Shown here: piece by piece, positions 24,421 through 37,244 of the stretch
Numbering within the stretch: the first letter of the stretch is position 1
Layout: each line of letters opens with the position of its first letter
Origin: Camelus dromedarius
Lineage: Eukaryota
NCBI RefSeq assembly: GCF_036321535.1
Contig: NC_087436.1
Location: 22,322,001-22,386,000 of the forward strand
Direction of reading: 5' to 3'
Length of the DNA stretch: 64,000 nt
Notes under the pieces: generated by a model
The model's database searches: none
The model's input: the letters and a program-made list of their open reading frames with translations, nothing else
Told to the model about the DNA's origin: nothing
Translations under genes and position numbers: made by a program

Positions 24421-24589
24421 GTATCACCCGAGGCTTTCAGCAAAATTACACACTCCAGAGGGTTAGTGATCATAATGTGGTTTAGCAGCAACCAAAAGAA
24501 AAGGAAATTTGTGAAAATCCAAATTTATGATACAGAAAAATTAGAAGGTGTTTTTTTTCAAGGAATTTGAATAAGTAATCTGATTTTGT

Positions 24590-24780
24590 TTATGGTGAAT
24601 ACGTACAGATTACCTACTACATGCCAGGCGTTGCGCTACATGCCTTTTGGTGATGATCTCATTCAATCCCCAAAATAATCGTAAGAGGTAGATGTTGTCA
24701 TTATACTACTGAGAGAAAAATGTGAGATTTGTCTCTAAGGCTGAGTCCACAACCTGTTTTGTTCCCAACTACTCCACAGC
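24590..24780 (-). mobile_element. MIR SINE fragment
   Basis: CCTACTACATGCCAGGCGTTGCGCTA...ATCTCATTCAATCC...AGGTAG. Confidence 0.6.
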
Positions 24781-26363
24781 CTTCTCCCAAACTTCCTTAC
24801 GTGTTGGAAGTCATGAAGTCGTGAGCAACCTTGGAAGTGAGTTAGTCCCTCAGACAGTATACGTTAGTGAGAAAATAAAAAGTCACAGATACTTTCCATT
24901 TAAACAACTTTGTACAGACTTTCTCTCTGCCCATGAATTGGGGTTCATTACTAAAAGGCGCTTAACTCACTGTGACCTAAGACCTGACCTACTCTCCTGG
25001 CCGCTGCACAACTAAGGACATGTCTACCTCTAGGAAGGAAGTCATTTGAATTTAGAGATTGGAAAATAAAAATTAAGGAAAATGTCTATTATTTAAAATA
25101 AAGAAAGTGTCCTAGATCAATTCTCTCGTGAAATGTCACCCAGATTAGAAATCCTAGCTGGGACGCCCATCTGTAAAAAACGTGGTTTAAGTGCACACTA
25201 AACATTATTTCTTAGAATGTTAGCTTCAGTCTGCCTTGATCCTTGTGATGGTAACACTGCTCACATGATTTGTTTCCATGGAGCTCAGAATCCTTGTCTT
25301 CTTATTAGGCCTACTTATCAACCTGGCAACATTTCCAACCACAAGAGGCCGTGGTGCTTTTCTTGTCTCCATCACCATGAGGCGGGAACCGGGGAGGGTG
25401 CTTTCCTGGATTTAATGACCACCACCTTGTCTTGGAAAGGCATTTTCAAGAATCGTTGAGAGAACTCACCTGTCACTTTTTTAGGAGGTATGGCCCACCA
25501 GCCTTGCATACTTTGATGGAGTAGCTCCTGAATCGTAGGACATTTATTTATGTTTATACTGATTTGGTTTTGGATCAAGCCTTTGTTTTGAACGAATGAG
25601 AGTTTGTTGGACCATTTGGAGGCCTGGTTCTATAAATTATGTAGGAGGAACTGTCTTCAGGCAGCCTAGTAACCTTCCAGAGACCCGTGGAAAGTCCAAG
25701 TGCATCCAAAAATGAGTTATGAAATGATACCAGAGCACCTTGCTTGACCACCCAGCATTCCCTTTTGGTGGTAGGAAGGTGATAATGGTGAAGGAGTAAC
25801 AGTCGTTCCAAGGTAATGGCAGAATTGATGTTCATAGGATGCACAGAGATGAATCATATTTGTCTTGAGTTGGTCTAAGCCAAGTTGTCTACCTACAACT
25901 ACTAGGTTCCTTTTGACAAATATTAGTGACTTCTAATAGATAGAGGTGGGTGAGAAAATACATCTTTCCCTCCACGTCGTGAAAATAAGTCAGTCTTAGG
26001 TTGACTTCTGTCACACATACAGATATTTAACAGCCAGCAGGTATAAAACAGAGACATAAGCCTTTCTGTATGTTTAAACAGTCTGTTGGGTGTTCAGATA
26101 AAACCTTGAAATCAAAAAGTTACCTCAAGGCAAACGTGACCCCATGCCAGCTAACCATGTTAATCTGAGTCATGTGATCAAAAATCTATTGGCTAAACAT
26201 AGGACCATTTAGGAATGAGATCCAGGTAGTCGATTCTCTGGGTCAGGGATGAAGGGCTAGTCCAGATTCGTCTACCCTACCCATGTGTGTTCCTTTGCAG
26301 TGTTTCAGCCCACCCACAGATCTTCAATACCACTCATGTGTTCCACAAATTAAGAAGGTTGTG

Positions 26364-26492
26364 GGGGGAGGGTACAGCTCAAGTGATAGAGCGGATGTTT
26401 AGCATGCCCGAGGTTCAATCCCCAGTACCTCCATCAAAAAACTAAATAAATAAATTAACCTAATTACCTCCCCTTGCAAAAAAAAAAAAAAA
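26364..26492 (+). mobile_element. Camelid tRNA-Ala-derived SINE (Vic-1 type), long-tail form
   Basis: GGGGGAGGGTACAGCTCAAGTGATAGAGC...GGTTCAATCCCCAGTACCTCC, then an AT-rich tail and poly-A. 12-bp TSD AAGAAGGTTGTG at 26352-26363 and 26493-26504. Confidence 0.9.
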
Positions 26493-26924
26493 AAGAAGGT
26501 TGTGATACTGAACATTCATAAAATATAGCTGAACCTTATGTTGGCCACATCTGGAATAGGCTCTTTTGATGAAATACGAGCTAACAAACCTTCCTTGGAG
26601 TGAGTACTGGTTAGAGTACTTGACTACACCTAGGATGTAGACTCAAAGTAACGTTACTATGATTGGAGAATGTTTCTGTAGGATAAATGAATGTCAAACA
26701 TTTAGAGAAGAGTTTGTGTTTATTTACAATTCCATGTAACCTATTTAGTAAGCTCTTTCTCATTGCATTTCAAATACAGTCTAAGGTATTAATTTACATA
26801 ATGCTAAAAACTTACTAAACAATATTGACCCTTTCTTAAGAGTTAAAATAAAATAGAGTCTAGCCCATTTGTTCACTACACCCAGTCTGATTTCTTAAGG
26901 AAATAAGACTGGTATGGAGAAAAC

Positions 26925-27130
26925 AACATAAACTATGGAGTCAGATAGACTTAAAATCAAATCCCGATTTTTTACTTTCTCACTGTGTGAACATGGACGC
27001 TTTGCCAAACGAAATCTGTTTCCTCATCTGTTAAATGAAGATCATTTCTATGTCATGGAGTAGTAGTGGAGATTAAATGGAAAAACAAACAACATGTTCT
27101 TGGCGTATAAGAGATAGCTATTCAATAGGA
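26925..27130 (+). mobile_element. MIR SINE
   Basis: TGGAGTCAGATAGAC...TCAAATCCC...CTGTGTGA...CTGTTTCCTCATCTGTTAAATG. Confidence 0.75.
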
Positions 27131-30100
27131 ATTACCATTACCTTTATTATCAGGATGACTTTGAAAATAAAAATGAAACAAGTTGTTAGTATTCTCATTT
27201 TAAATAAGTGGCAGAGCAGGACCTACAATTCAAAAGGCTTAACAGCCCAATTCCGCTCTTTGTTCTGAGTGTACAGCGTGGGTGTCCTGGGTTTGCAGGG
27301 CAGAAAACCTATTCGATCTCTGACTGTAGAATATCCATGTTTTTGGCTTTCTTTTTTCCTGCCCTAGTTGCCCTGTTCAGATAAATGTTTTAACTCTTTA
27401 CCAGCAGTTCACCTATGGGAACTGGATGACAGTGATAGTACAACATCAAAGGAAAGATTCCAGTTAATGTAGAAAATAAATTTTTGTCATTGTGGTTGTG
27501 GTTTGTGATTTTATTTATCCTATTCTGTTTCTTGTTGCTGGGTGCAGAAACTGAAAGGTGGGCCTAGATCCAAAGTTCTTAGGTCCTATTCTTTCTCTAA
27601 ATAAACAGATCAATACCACACTCCTTTACGACGTGGGTATGAGAACCACCTATCTGAGAGTCCTTTCTTGAGGGCAGATCATCAATACACTTGGAGTGAA
27701 AGACAGCAAAATTGTTGGGTTAATGATTTATCAGCGTGGTTTAAAAGGCCATGTCTAACAACAGTTTCCTTTAAAAGGCTATAATAATCTCATGAGAAAA
27801 CTCAGGCAAGGCTTAATTTGTTCAAACAATTTTTAACATTTTAAAACCACACATGGCACACCTTTGCGACGGGTTCTCATTAGCCTGATGAGGAATATGT
27901 TGAATTTGGGCCTTTGTTTTAACTCCATTTGGGAACGAGAGCTTTCCAGCAGGCTTCAGTAGAAAACAGTTGTGAAGGTCATTGCAAAAATGAGTGCAAT
28001 GATTACCAATCTTTATTTTGCAAGTTATAATTGCCAAAAAATCTTTCAGGTAAGCAGGATATGTGGCTGCTGTGTGATAGACTGTTGCAAATATTTTGAT
28101 TGTGATATTTGTTTTTCTTCATAAAAGTACAGTTGAAGAGATTACATAGTTGAATTTGACTGCAGGATATAAATGTATTTTTTTCTGTTGAGTATTATCA
28201 GAAGGTCATGAAAAATAAACAACAGTAACACTTTCTTTATCCATTCCTAGGGAGCTAAAATAAATTCACTGTTTTATGAAATTTTACTGTCCATGGAGGT
28301 CAGGAATTTCTTAAAATTACTCCCTGTGCAAAAATTACTCTTAAAGATAAGAGTACAGATGGGCGGGGGTGGAGGAAATTCCTAAATCACTCCACTAAAC
28401 CTTGAGAGATCCAGCCGTGAATTACCCATAAAACCATGCCAAGACGACCTTAAAGACGTTTGCCTGGTCCATGTGCAAGTCTGCTGTTTCATTTTCTCAC
28501 TAGCATCATTTGTAAATTTCCCTCCAGTCTACAACATTTGTGGTGCTCGGGAACATGCCCCTTGACGAGGCACCACCACACCCCTGGAGAATAACACGAG
28601 GCCATGCAACGTGGCCTAGGGTCTGGGGTGTAATGCTGCCTAGTTCTCACTAGCTTCGGTGGCCTTTCAACTTAGCTTTCCTTATCTTTAAATAAGGGCG
28701 TTGAGCTAAGATACATCCTGAAGAATCACTTTACTTCAGTTTAAATGTTTCCGTGACGTCAATATCTTCAAAACCTCACTGGTCTCAATATTCCAAAAGC
28801 AAAGATGAAAGCACTTCCATATCTTGCCCCAACTTTGACAACGGGAGTTTTTTGGACTCGCTCATTGTCTAGCTTCTCCCTCCATCCTCTGTTAATTCCT
28901 ACAAACTGGAAATTAGAACGACTTTGCGGGTAAGTATCCAGAGTGAGTGATGCTGAATACTACATTACATCACAGCAGAAAACTTAGTTTCTGGTTGACC
29001 AGCTGTAGCACTGGACTAAGGGACTGACCCACCAGTTGTTTTGTTGTAGTTAGTTTCCCCTGTGCAAGCCAGAGACAGTCGGAAAGGGGTTACATTTGCA
29101 ATTTTCCATATTCCCCATCAATCATTCACTTAATTGCTTTAGGTGATTTTTCTTACATGGGTCAGTAATATCATTAGGGGTTCCAAAATGACAATTATGT
29201 TAATCCTATAACTTCTTGTACGTAATTAGGTGGTTTTCTTCTGTGTTCCTTCTTTCCCAAGCCAGATAAATTGCCTATGGGCTGTATCCCCCAACATCCA
29301 GCCTTATCACTTTGCTTGCTTTTAAAACAGCGCCACACTGCCTTTGCACATACTGACATTTGACCTGTAGTGACTTTCAGATTTCTTTGTTGTACATATA
29401 CTCAGGCAATCACTCCAGGATGTTTTCAGTTGCATTGATTAACCTTCAGCCCAGTTTAATCAATGCACATATTACAACAGGTGTGGATTCCAATTCACTG
29501 ATATTTTTTTTTATTAAGCAGCATTAGGGCTTATGCTGTAGAGAACTTCACTCAACTTCAGCACTTAAAGTGGGGTTGCCATTTAGCATTTGAGGTAATT
29601 TACTTGCTAAAATATATGTTTGTGACCTGTTTATAATACCATCTTTAAAGTCAGGAAGACCTCCCCCCTGATAATCTCTCTGGATTTGTGGATCGGATAC
29701 TCATTTCCAGGCCACAGATTTCTGTTTCTGTTTTTCAGCCAAACAGTACCCATTTTAAAAGGTAAGTTGCTTACTTAATATCTTTCCTTTCAAAAGATAT
29801 ATTTTATACCTTAATGGACTTTCAAGAAAGACTTCATGGCATATATAATATTTTAAAGTCAATTTTATCATCTCTATAATTCATTTGATTAGTCAACTAA
29901 TCAAATAAAAAGAAGTTAAATAGTTATACAACACACAGCTTATTTCTTTAGTTTTCAGCAAAATTTTTATTGCAACAATGACTTTCCTATGCAGGCCTCA
30001 TTATTTTCAGTTATGTAAGAGATTTAAGGTACTAGTGCATTCCAAGGACCTTCTATGTAGAAAAACTCTCACTTTTCTTGGCTTCGTGTGAGCATAAGTT

Positions 30101-31109
30101 GTTTTTCTTTCCACTGAAGTAAATTAATAGGGTTAACTAGAGTTAATGGGAAATGTTTAAGCATGCTAAATGTTGACTTTTTGACAAATGTTCTCTCAAT
30201 TTGATCAGCTAAGACTGTATAATTATACAAAAGCCACCTCGGCCCTTTGCAGCAGCATAAAATCGTTTCTTTCCTTTCCAAATTATGCTTAGTCATTCTT
30301 ATAAAAGTATTTTACCACAAATCATCTCTTTGGCTATTTGTTCCAACATATTTCTTAGAAGGCAAAGTATTAATTTATAGAGACAGATTTAGGGTTGGAG
30401 ACGGAATACCTGTAAGAACTACAGTTTTCCTTGACAGAAAATGCTCTCTTCCCTTAAGGCCACAATGGATTAAATTGTAACTAGTGTTCTCATTTTTGTG
30501 GAATTTCAAAACAAGACAGTATGCTTTACCTAATAAACGAGCTTCCTTTTTGGAAACATTTAAATTTTCCCACATAATTTAGTGAACATTAAAATCAAAA
30601 GAGTTAAGAAGGCAGCCTGTCACAATTTATGGACAATAAAAAAAAAAAAAGAGGATAGAAGGAAAGAGATGAATAAACAATAATAATTTTGAAAATGTCT
30701 TAAGCATTGACATCATCATAACTTATCATGAAGGCCAAGATACTTGGCTTCCCTAGAAATGATATCATATGCAAGCATTTCCATATTTCTGTTTCAGTGA
30801 AAGTTACAAAATGATGACACTATAACCCATTTTGACTGACCACAGTTTAAATATTTGTTTCCCTCAATGTTACAGCCATTCTCAGCTCCCATTGGCTAGA
30901 AGGAATGGATAACGTGTTGAGTTTAATAGCAGGCACTACACAAGGCTATCAGAACTATAAAATAGAATTGTAGGATAGAGTATACTCAGGGATTTTGAAA
31001 TATCTGAGGTGAAAATAAATTTCTTCAGTAAAGAAATATTTTCATCCAAACTTCAATGATTGTAGAAGCTAAGCGAATTGCAGTAGAGGTAAACTTATTG
31101 TCATATAAT

Positions 31110-31310
31110 AGAAGGTAGATGGCCTTGGAGTTAGCCAGATGTGAATTCACATCCTGATATTCCTACCCACTATTTCAGGCAAGTTACTTATCTCTGCCCA
31201 GACCTGTGTCAAAAGCCATTAGTCTGTCCTCCTCACTCAGTCATTTGAAAACTAAATGAACTGATGCTTGTAGGAGAAATAAAGAAACTATGTATGTGTG
31301 GCATAAATAG
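31110..31310 (+). mobile_element. MIR SINE (degenerate)
   Basis: TTGGAGTTAGCCAGATGTGAATTCACATCCTG...GGCAAGTTACTTATCTCT. Confidence 0.55.
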
Positions 31311-33288
31311 CTCAATTAGGGAAACACCAAGACTTAAATTTCTGGATTCAGAAGTGGAAAAAATAATAAAATTTTAAGAGTATGGGGAAGAAAAAACAAA
31401 AAATATGTAATTACCTTGATATAAAAGGAAAGATGAACAGTGCACGGCTTTTTTTTTTTTTTTTGGCTACAATTAATGAGAGATGGAATTTTCCATTTCT
31501 GCCTTCTTTTGTGCCCACTCTAACACTTGAGCAAATAAATTGAGTGAATTTGTTTCTGTAATAAAAGCCTGAGTTGTGGCAGAAATAGACTATTCTTGGA
31601 TCAGTCTTACCAAAAGACATCTGTACTCTGTCAAATTTGAAAACATCTCCCAGCATCGCATCTGAAGATTATTAATGTTTGTTCAGTGAAATAAGCAAAA
31701 AAAATTCTATTACAACATTTTCTTAAAAACCTTGCTTGTATCCAATAGTTTATTTGCATCAGAATGAACTGGACTAACGTTTCCTTCATTTTACACTTTG
31801 TGCTTATGATTAAAATACACTTAGGTTGTAAAAATTGTCAATGCTGTGTATGTCAAACCTACATATCTCTGGTAATCGATGTCTGGAAAGAGAAAGTTGG
31901 ACATTCTAATCTTTATCTTATGAAGCTTTTAAAAATTATTTCGGGGGTAGTCAATGAATCTCAATATGCAAATACTTTACCTTTAAATATTTCATATTGT
32001 AAAAATTTTAATCCAATTTGCTCCCCTTTAGAAAATTTATTAGAGAAAATTTACATTCATTTCTTTATGCTTATATGGTAAAAATTGTATTCTCAAGATT
32101 CACAAATTAATTTTATTCTACCTTAAGATATTTTATTCCCCCCAAACAATTATTATACATGTCAATGGTAATTCTGTCCACAATTTTGTTTCTTTGCTTA
32201 TCTTTTTACCGGTTACTAGAGATGTATTGATGATAAATTCCTTTGAATCTCTTCCTGGTTGTGTGGCCTCCTTTTAGAGTGGCCTGTTGGCTTATCCTAT
32301 CTGATGAAGTCCTTTCTACTCCCTTGCTTGGTGACTCTCAACAATTACCAAGTGACAACAGGAACACTAAATGCTTTTTTTTCCTGTTGTCTCTAACTAA
32401 TATTCCCCACAGTCTGAAAAACTGTAGATATTTTGTTTAATAATGAGTTCTAGGGTCTTATTAATTGGCCTAGATTCCTTTTGCTAATTCTTAGTTATGC
32501 CTTAAACTCTATTATTTTAATGTACCTTCTGTAGGAATAGACACTAGGAAATTTATACACACAGAAAGCAGCCAGCAAATACGTATCCCTGGCAGTTTAG
32601 TTATACTATTTTCCACAAAAATTAATTAAGCAACACATCAGATACTGATATTAAAAACATTATGGGACCTAGCTTACTTCTCTAGAAAGTACTAGCTAAA
32701 AGTACTGTTTTAATGCTGCTTCATAGGATTAAAAGTTTGATATAATATGATCCCAGGTTCAGATTTTTTCTCATTATTTCGCAGGCATTGGGTCATGTGA
32801 CACAGATAATTGATCTTTGGGCTATTATTTTGATGAACTCTGAATTTTCACAGATCCATCTTCCTTTCCTTCCTTCCTTCCTTTCTTCCTTTCTTCCTTA
32901 CTGACTTCCTCCTTTCCCATGTGATTACTCTGGCTAAGCAAATTCATTGGTGTTACTCTTCAGAAAGCCTCAGACTGGGACCACTTTCTGCCTTAGAGAT
33001 AATGACTGGTTACAGAAATGTATCAGAAGGTATAATATATTGACCAATTGACCTTTAGTCCAGACTATGCTGCAGCTTTTATTCCAAGTGTCTGGATCAT
33101 TATCATTCCTGAATCAGTTACTTGGTTTCATAACTCTTACTTTGCTCTCAAGCTTCAAGCCAGAGTTTCATTTGTCAGGGGGATATCTTCACATGTCTTT
33201 CCTACTGGTAGATTACTAACGTGCTTCTTACTCAGTGGTTTCAATAAAAGACCACTGGGTGGAGGAAACAAGATTTGAGATAAACCCT

Positions 33289-33455
33289 CGTAGTTTCCCA
33301 TTGCTGCTGAAACGCATGACCACAAATTTGCTTAGAATAAGACAAATGTATTACCTTGCAGTGTCAGTATTGAAGATCAAAAGTTCAAAATGGGTATCAC
33401 TGGGTTAAAATCAAGGCGTTGGTGGGTCTGCAATCCTTCTAGGGGCTCTAGAGGA
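33289..33455 (-). mobile_element. MLT1 (MaLR) LTR 3' part
   Basis: TAGTTTCCCATTGCTGCTG...ACCACAAA...AAAATCAAGGCGTTGG...GGCTCTAGAGG matches the antisense MLT1C/D 3' end. Confidence 0.75.
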
Positions 33456-33511
33456 ATGTAGTGGGTTGGATGATGACCTCTAAAAAGATATGCCCACATC
33501 CTAAACCCTGA
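33456..33511 (+). mobile_element. MLT1B/C LTR 5' tip
   Basis: TGTAGTGGGTTGGATGATGACCTCTAAAAAGATATGCCCACATCCTAAACCCTG resembles the MLT1C start. Confidence 0.65.
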
Positions 33512-33836
33512 CTGTAATCTGCACTAGTATGCTAACCGCTAGTTACATGAACCTGTTGAGCACTTGAAATACGGCTAGTCCAAATTAAGCTATATCATAA
33601 GTGCAAAATACATATGAGATATCAACAACTTGCTATGAAAGAAAGAATGTAAACTATTTCATTAATAATCTTAGAATCAGTTACATGTTGACGTGGTAAT
33701 ATTTTGAAAAGATGAGGTTAAAATATATTATTAAACTTAATTTCACCTATTTCTTTTTACTTGTTTTCATGTGGCTACAAGAGCATTTGAGCTTACACGT
33801 GTGGTTTGTATTTTGTTTCTCCGGGACGGTGCTGGC
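33512..33836. mobile_element. MER33 hAT-Charlie MITE
   Basis: TTGAGCACTTGAAATACGGCTAGTCC...TTAATTTCACCTATTTCTTTTTACTT...GGACGGTGCTG is collinear with the recalled MER33 consensus. Confidence 0.8.
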
Positions 33837-34697
33837 TTATATCCTTGATATAGTTTTTGGAAGAGGAAGGACTAATCTAAGTACACAGCAACAGCAAGGA
33901 ACATTCACCCACTTCTGTTCTAATTTCCTGTACTGTTTCTTTTTTTCCCAAGAGAATTAGATAAGGGAGGTAAGAGTGCCAGCCTTGGGGCAATGACTTT
34001 CACTTCAGCATCTCAGAATCACTGATTCAGAGTTCAATAAATATCCAATAAATAAATGAACAAATGAGTTGAATGAATGACCAGTTGCATTAATTTTGTG
34101 AATGAATATTGAGCAGCACTTAAACATTTATCTTTACCAGAGATGATCAGTTATTATGGTATGTTTTGAGTATATATACATTTCATAATCCTGTGAATAT
34201 ATCATTAGAGAAAAAGGTCATTTTCATTCAGTGAAGACCCTACTTTAACATAGTGCAAAATGTTCTAACTTTGTCATATCAAAAAGGACATGTGTCCTAA
34301 ATCATCCTCTCGGTAAGAAGTCATTTGTAGCTTTTTTCTTACTTGCTTATAAGCAAATCAACTGAGATAATATGACATGTCAGCAACTTTAGATGAGAAC
34401 AAAGCTCCTCAGACCCTTTAACATTTAGAGGACATATTTATCAAATAATTATATGCATGAGAAATCTTATGGGAAGTACATATGACAAGCAACATAAACT
34501 AACATTCATTGACTTAACACATTTTTATGAGCACAGTCCATGTACCAGCCACTGCGCTGATTAATTTATATGCATAATTTCATCCAATGCTGAGAATATT
34601 CTAATAAATCTTATTATTGTTTCCACATTTTACTAATGAAGAAACTCATGGAGTTTGACTTGTCTATAGTGGTGGACCTAGTGGGTAGGGAAGAAAC

Positions 34698-35089
34698 TAT
34701 CAAAAGAAAATCTGGAGAGCGTTAGTTGATAAAAATATCTTATCAAGCAAGAAACAAACTGTTTGCAAACAGGAAGACTTCAAAACCAAAAGTGCTGTGC
34801 TCTCAACATTTACAGTTTATAAAGCGTGAGTGAGGAAGTACGTTGTTTTGTATTGTGATTGTTTACTAGAAAGTTACATTCCTTTTAGGATCGAAGCACT
34901 GCATGAGCTTACTTCTTTGTAGCTAATTGGTTAAGAGCAGCGTGGTGATGCTGACAGGAAGAAAGCTTAAGTTTTATTTAAGATCAGAGTCAGCATTTCA
35001 GGGAAATCAGAACAGTTTAAGTTTGGGTTACATGGCTGTGAATGGTTGAATACTCAAACTATGGGCTCCATTTTGGGTTTTCTTTAATA
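34698..35089 (-). mobile_element. ERV1-like solo LTR interrupting a MIR
   Basis: About 390 bp with a minus-strand CAAAATGGAG motif near its 5' end, similar in layout to the LTR at 21385. Flanked on the left by a minus-strand MIR (34510-34697). Confidence 0.55.
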
Positions 35090-35849
35090 CCACAATTTGG
35101 TCTTCATGCTTATTCTAAGGCCCTTGTTCTACTACAAAAATTTTTCTATGTGCATTTAAAACTTTATATAATTTAAACAATTCTTTGATAATCATTTCCA
35201 AGAAAGCAATGTTATGTTTAAATATTAAATATGTACTATGTTATGACCACTGTGTATCTTAGCAAATGGCTTCATAGGCAGTTGCAGAAGAAGTTGTCAG
35301 CAGTGATTAATGGCAGCAGGGATAGTTAAAATCCCCTACTCTGAAGGGTCTTCAGTTTCTGCCAGCTCGGTAGCCCTTTTCCATTTTTTGTTTGTTTTAC
35401 TAACAGTTGGTAGGGTTTCCCTTTGGAAGCTATACACATCACGTTTGAACTTAAGATGTGTGAATTTGTGCTCCAAGTCACTGATTTGTGAGAGATGAGG
35501 AAAATGTTATGCAGTGGAAAAGGAACCCAGCTAGGAAATGAGAATCTTTCAGTCTAATCCAGCCTCTAACTGGCTGTAAGACCTTGGAAAACTTACCTAG
35601 TTATCCAGGTGTAAACACCTACAAAATAAAGGGGTTGGTCTTTACATGACCTCCGGGAGAAATCCAGCCCTGGTTCTGTGATCTTGCCTAAGAGAAGGTT
35701 TGAAAATTCAGCCCTCAAGGAACTGTTAATTTTTTTCTGTGAGATCCAAGATGATTGAGACTCCAAACCAAGCACCTGTACCTCATTTTTGAAGTTGTTT
35801 ATTGAATAGCAAATAATCATATTGGCCTGACTGATAGCAATTTACAATG

Positions 35850-36700
35850 AGAGGGCATAGAAAAGAGAAGTCTGTAAAATATCAAAGACTCAATTCAAGA
35901 GGATTTGCCAGAGTTGACGGAAATGTCTCCATGTTGAAACCACCTTCTAAACGCCAAATAAATGTATAAAAAATTCCCTTTTCTTGAAAAGTATTTGCGT
36001 AATTTAGAACCAAAGGAATAAAGACAAGGTCTTAATAATTTCCAGAAAGAAATGGAGTCATCATCTACAGTGGAATGATCATATTGGTACCAGCCTTCTT
36101 ATCAGTCACACTAGTGCTAGTCACGGAGCAAAGCTTTCAGATCTGAGAGGAACAGATTGGGTGAAAATCCTATGTCTAGCCAGATTTTCAGTCAAGTATT
36201 TGGAATAAACACATTTTTAGACACACAGTTTTCAGAAATCACTTCCCACACACTCTTTGCTCTAGCAAAACAATGTAGTAATCCAAGAAAGAAAAAGATA
36301 AATTCCAGAAAAAGAGGTCTCCTTCCCAAGAGAAAAATCCCAGGATGATCACTTCAAATCTACCCTAAAACATGACTTGTCCAGATGACAGGTGAAGGAC
36401 AGAGTGTTCCTGAGGGAAGTCAGTAAAACAATCAGACACTCCATAGAATGTCTGATAAGCTAAAGAGTTGAAATACAGTATTTGCGTAAAGAATTATAGT
36501 GGATGAAAAGGGAAACTAGAGACTTGGTAAATCAAAAAGCTGCACAAAAATAAACTATTTGGATTTCAAGTAAGCTACATTTACATAGTTTCTTGATTTA
36601 ATTATAAATCGTGACTTAACTATAGTAAGTGGTTGGTGGATTAAGATACAACAGAGTAAATAAATAAATCCTAAAACTGAATAATTAAAAAATAACAGTA
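35850..36700 (+). mobile_element. Very old L1/HAL1-like ORF1 remnant
   Basis: A-rich and degenerate, with L1 ORF1 C-terminal-like motifs at 36000-36260. Confidence 0.4.
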
Positions 36701-36749
36701 CAAGATAGTATTGAGGGATATAGTAAGAACAAAAAGAACCAACTAAGAA

Positions 36750-37036
36750 TCAAAAGTTACAAACTTCAGCTATAAATAAATGAGTCCTGGGAGGTCATCT
36801 ATAGCATGGTGACTATAGTTAATAATACTATATTGCATATTTGAAAGTTGCTAAGAGAGTAGATTGTAAAGCTTCTTATCATAAGACAAAAAAATTTAAC
36901 TATGTGAGGAGACAGATGTTAACTAGGCTTACTGTGGTGAACATTTCACAATACATACAAATACCAAATCATTATGTTGCACAACTAAAACTAATATAAT
37001 ATTATATATCAATTACATCTCAAGCCAAATAAATAA
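36750..37036 (+). mobile_element. L1MA9-like 3' end
   Basis: TATAGCATGGTGACTATAGTTAATAATACTATATTGCATATTTGAAAGTTGCTAAGAGAGTAGAT...TCAATTACATCTCAA followed by an A-rich tail. Confidence 0.85.
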
Positions 37037-37244
37037 AAGAATTAGCTAAAAGAATTAAAAATAGTCGCCTATAGATAGCCAAACTGGAGGATAAGCAGGA
37101 ACCTGTTTACTTTCATAAAGCTTTATCATGTTATTTGGTGTTTTCACAGGGTTCATGGGGTATTGGTATTTAAAATATTTTAATTTTTTTGTTTTGTAAT
37201 AATGATATCAGGAAAGATCTTTTAAAGTACTTTTGATGTATGAG

